A stretch of DNA of 64,000 nucleotides from a bacterium (GTDB lineage Bacteria > Electryoneota > RPQS01), in NCBI GenBank assembly GCA_016702305.1, contig JADJEH010000011.1, positions 19,561-83,560 of the forward strand. The letters run 5' to 3'. Positions 61,428 to 64,000 of this stretch are shown in pieces. The notes beneath the pieces were generated by a model. The model was not told the DNA's origin, did no database searches, and saw only the letters and a program-made list of their open reading frames with translations. The translations under genes were made by a program, and so were the position numbers. How positions within the stretch are numbered: the stretch's first letter is position 1; each line of letters starts with the position of its first letter.

Positions 61428-62975
61428 ATGTTGACACCATTCAAGAACGAACCCTTCACAAATTTCTCCGATCCTGCCAACAAAGCCGCCTTCGAGCAGG
61501 CACTCGCTCGAGTCGAGAGCCGCTTCGGCGAGAAGATTCCGCTGCTGGTCGGCGGTGAACGAATCTTCACGGACGACACGATCAAATCCACCAATCCTGC
61601 CAATCCTGAACAGGTCTTGGCTTATGTATCCAAAGGCTCGCAAGAACTCGCATTGCGCGCTCTCGAGAGTGCTCATAAGAACTTCCAGTGGTGGAAAGAT
61701 GTGGATCCTGATGCTCGCGCGCGTATTCTGCTGCGCGCCGCCGCGATTCTGCGCCGGCGCAAACACGAATTCAGCGCGACGATGGTCATGGAGATTGGGA
61801 AGAACTGGGGGGAAGCTGACGGCGACACGGCCGAGGCGATTGATTTCCTCGAGTTCTATGCCCGTGAAATGATGCGGCTGAACGAGCGCCAGCCGGTGAC
61901 CGAATTCCCCGGTGAAGAGAACAATCTCTATTACATTCCGCTCGGAGTTGGCGCGGTCATTCCGCCGTGGAATTTCCCCGGGGCGATTATGGCCGGTATG
62001 ACCACGGCATCGGTCGTCACCGGCAACACCGTTATCCTGAAACCGGCCTCGATTACTCCGGTCATTGCTTATCGTTTCATGGAGATACTTGAAGAAGCCG
62101 GCCTACCCGCCGGAATCGTAAACTTCCTGCCCGGACCCGGCGGCGCTATTGGCGACACCATCGTTGATCACAAACTCACACGGTACATCGCATTCACCGG
62201 CTCCATGGAGATTGGCCAGCGCATCTTCCAACGTGCCGCCGTGGTGCATCCCGGTCAGCTCTGGCTCAAGCGCACTATTCTTGAAATGGGCGGCAAGGAC
62301 GCGATCTTGATTGACGACGATGCCGAGCTCGAACTGGCGGCCGAACAGATTGTTGCCGCCGCCTTCGGCTTCCAAGGCCAGAAGTGCAGCGCCTGCTCGC
62401 GCCTGATCGTTCACGAAAAAGTCTACGAAAAATTGCTGGAGCTGGTCGTCGCGCGCACCAAGCAAATCAAGTGCGGCCCAACGAAAGACCTCGCGAACTG
62501 GCACGGTCCCGTGAGCGAAGAAGGCGCTTACAAGAAGATTCTGGAGTACATTGAGATTGGGAAGCAGGAAGGCCGCCTCGTCGCTGGTGGCGGGAAAGCC
62601 GGATCGCCGGGCTGGTTCATCGAGCCGACGATCATTGCAGACGTGGCACCGACTGCGCGTATCATGCAGGAAGAAATCTTCGGCCCGGTGCTCGCTGTTT
62701 GCAAAGTGAAGTCGTTTGACGAGGGTCTGGCCGTTTTCAACAACACGCAGTTCGGACTGACCGGCGGCTATTTCGGCAAGCGCCGTGAACATCTTGAAAA
62801 GGTGCGCGTGCAGGCCCACTGCGGCAATCTCTATTTGAACCGCAAGTGCACTGGCGCGCTGGTCGGGGTACAGCCCTTCGGCGGATTCAATCAGAGCGGA
62901 ACCGACAGCAAGGCGGGTGGCCGCGATTACTTGCAGCTCTTCCTGCAAGGCAAGAGCGTGACCGAACGCTTCTAA
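61428..62975 (+). CDS. pruA: L-glutamate gamma-semialdehyde (1-pyrroline-5-carboxylate) dehydrogenase, RocA/PruA type
   Basis: 'MLTPFKNEPFTNFSDPANKAAFEQALARV...AAAILRRRKHEFSATMVMEIGKNWGEADGDTAEAIDFLEFYAREM' is co-linear with Bacillus RocA. ALDH catalytic region 'ILEMGGKDAILIDDDAEL...FQGQKCSACSRLIVHE'. An AGAGG RBS is upstream. Confidence 0.9.
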   Translation: MLTPFKNEPFTNFSDPANKAAFEQALARVESRFGEKIPLLVGGERIFTDDTIKSTNPANPEQVLAYVSKGSQELALRALESAHKNFQWWKDVDPDARARILLRAAAILRRRKHEFSATMVMEIGKNWGEADGDTAEAIDFLEFYAREMMRLNERQPVTEFPGEENNLYYIPLGVGAVIPPWNFPGAIMAGMTTASVVTGNTVILKPASITPVIAYRFMEILEEAGLPAGIVNFLPGPGGAIGDTIVDHKLTRYIAFTGSMEIGQRIFQRAAVVHPGQLWLKRTILEMGGKDAILIDDDAELELAAEQIVAAAFGFQGQKCSACSRLIVHEKVYEKLLELVVARTKQIKCGPTKDLANWHGPVSEEGAYKKILEYIEIGKQEGRLVAGGGKAGSPGWFIEPTIIADVAPTARIMQEEIFGPVLAVCKVKSFDEGLAVFNNTQFGLTGGYFGKRREHLEKVRVQAHCGNLYLNRKCTGALVGVQPFGGFNQSGTDSKAGGRDYLQLFLQGKSVTERF

Positions 62976-63073
62976 ATAAAGCCAACCCGCGTGCAGCGGG
63001 TTGCCTTCAAATGAGCAACGAGGGCTTACCGATTCCGGTAAGCCCTCGCTGCTATTAGTAATGTACGACTCCG

Positions 63074-64000
63074 CTATCCTCTGGCCTCGGACTCGACAGC
63101 GGCATAATCCAGTGCATCCCGCACGGTCTGCCCGAGCTCCCGCAAGACAAGCGGCTTCATCAAATACCCGTTGAATCCCATCTCGCGGTAGTTGCGCGCC
63201 GTGACCGTTTCAGAAAAACCGGTCACGAGCACGATTGGCAACTCCGGACGAATGAAACGAACGGCGTTCAACAGCTCCTGGCCGGTCATCTGCGGCATGG
63301 TTTGATCCGTGATCAACAGATCAAACTGGTCATGGCGGGCGGTGAACAGCTCAAGCGCTTCAAGGCTGCTCGTACGCGTTGTGATTTCATATCCCAGCCG
63401 CGACAGTAGCTGCTTGGCGATCATCGTGTTAGGCAGCTCGTCATCCACGAATAGAATGCGCTCCGTTCCGGTGGGTATTTCCGCCTCGTACTCTTCGTCA
63501 GACACGGATCCCCGCTCCACGCACGGCAGATAAACTTGAAACGTCGTGCCTTCACCCGGTTCGCTGTAGACGCTGATGCCGCCGCCGTGTGCGGTAACGA
63601 TGCCGTGTACAACCGACAATCCGAGCCCGGTGCCTTCGCCCGCTTCCTTGGTAGTGAAAAACGGTTCAAAAATGCGTTCAGTCGTCGCCCGATCCATGCC
63701 GCAGCCAGTGTCGCTGACGGTCATGCGGATGTAGCGGCCTTCACTCAGGTTCACATGCAAGCATGAAAATGCCGCATCCACGTAGAATGGCGACAGCTTA
63801 ATCTCGAGCGTTCCACCCGATTCCTTCATGGCATGCCCCGCATTTGTGCAGAGATTCATCACGACTTGATGGATCTGAGTCGGGTCACACAGCACCTGCT
63901 GGACTTCGCCATCGGTGGCGAATCTGATTTCTATGGTCGTCGGCAACGATGACCGCATCAGCTTCACAGCTTCCTTGATGACGAGTTTCACGTCCACAGG
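63074..64000 (-). CDS. Hybrid sensor histidine kinase, 3' part only. It has the HATPase_c domain and a C-terminal receiver, and its N-terminus lies beyond the window
   Basis: 'QVVMNLCTNAGHAM', 'GTGLGLSVVHGIV' and the REC domain 'ILFVDDELPNTMIAKQLLSRLGYEI...DLLITDQTMPQMTG'. Confidence 0.8.
   Translation of the reverse strand, partial: PVDVKLVIKEAVKLMRSSLPTTIEIRFATDGEVQQVLCDPTQIHQVVMNLCTNAGHAMKESGGTLEIKLSPFYVDAAFSCLHVNLSEGRYIRMTVSDTGCGMDRATTERIFEPFFTTKEAGEGTGLGLSVVHGIVTAHGGGISVYSEPGEGTTFQVYLPCVERGSVSDEEYEAEIPTGTERILFVDDELPNTMIAKQLLSRLGYEITTRTSSLEALELFTARHDQFDLLITDQTMPQMTGQELLNAVRFIRPELPIVLVTGFSETVTARNYREMGFNGYLMKPLVLRELGQTVRDALDYAAVESEARG

Overview
This 64 kb window looks like a high-GC FCB-group bacterium; two secreted proteins carry Type IX secretion C-terminal sorting domains. 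It splits into two parts.

(1) Positions 1-16,864 look like the distal part of a horizontally acquired island. It ends at a 44-nt 3' fragment of tRNA-Asp(GTC) followed by a strong terminator, which reads as an attR-type scar. The island carries anti-phage defence genes: a DEAH superfamily-2 helicase with Zn-ribbon inserts and a Cys-rich DUF1998/MrfA-like region, then a SIR2-HerA pair. These are followed by three tandem paralogs of tail-fibre-like surface proteins. Each has a conserved ~140-aa N-terminal domain, a variable Gly-rich repeat core, and a phage-tailspike-type C-terminal intramolecular-chaperone (peptidase S74) domain. Most island genes are broken by single-base homopolymer indels and a few in-frame stops. 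This could be real decay, phase variation, or assembly error.

(2) The rest is chromosomal. It starts with an autoregulated TetR gene that has palindromic operators, then a small membrane/secreted module present in two diverged copies. Next come CsbD, a lipoprotein, a PAS hybrid histidine kinase, a GT4-fusion/GH130 sugar pair, an outer-membrane beta-barrel, an RRM protein, an IS3-family transposase remnant, a methyl-accepting chemotaxis protein with a CxxCH (haem c) periplasmic sensor, EttA, and a transglutaminase-like protein. A secretome cluster follows: a Cys-rich PPC-like protein, a beta-propeller protein with a T9SS CTD, an S8 peptidase, an RND pump with adaptor, an M14 carboxypeptidase, and a 2,000-aa beta-helix protein with a T9SS CTD. 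The window ends with HTH remnants, PruA/RocA, and a partial hybrid histidine kinase. No rRNA, intact tRNA, or CRISPR array was seen.
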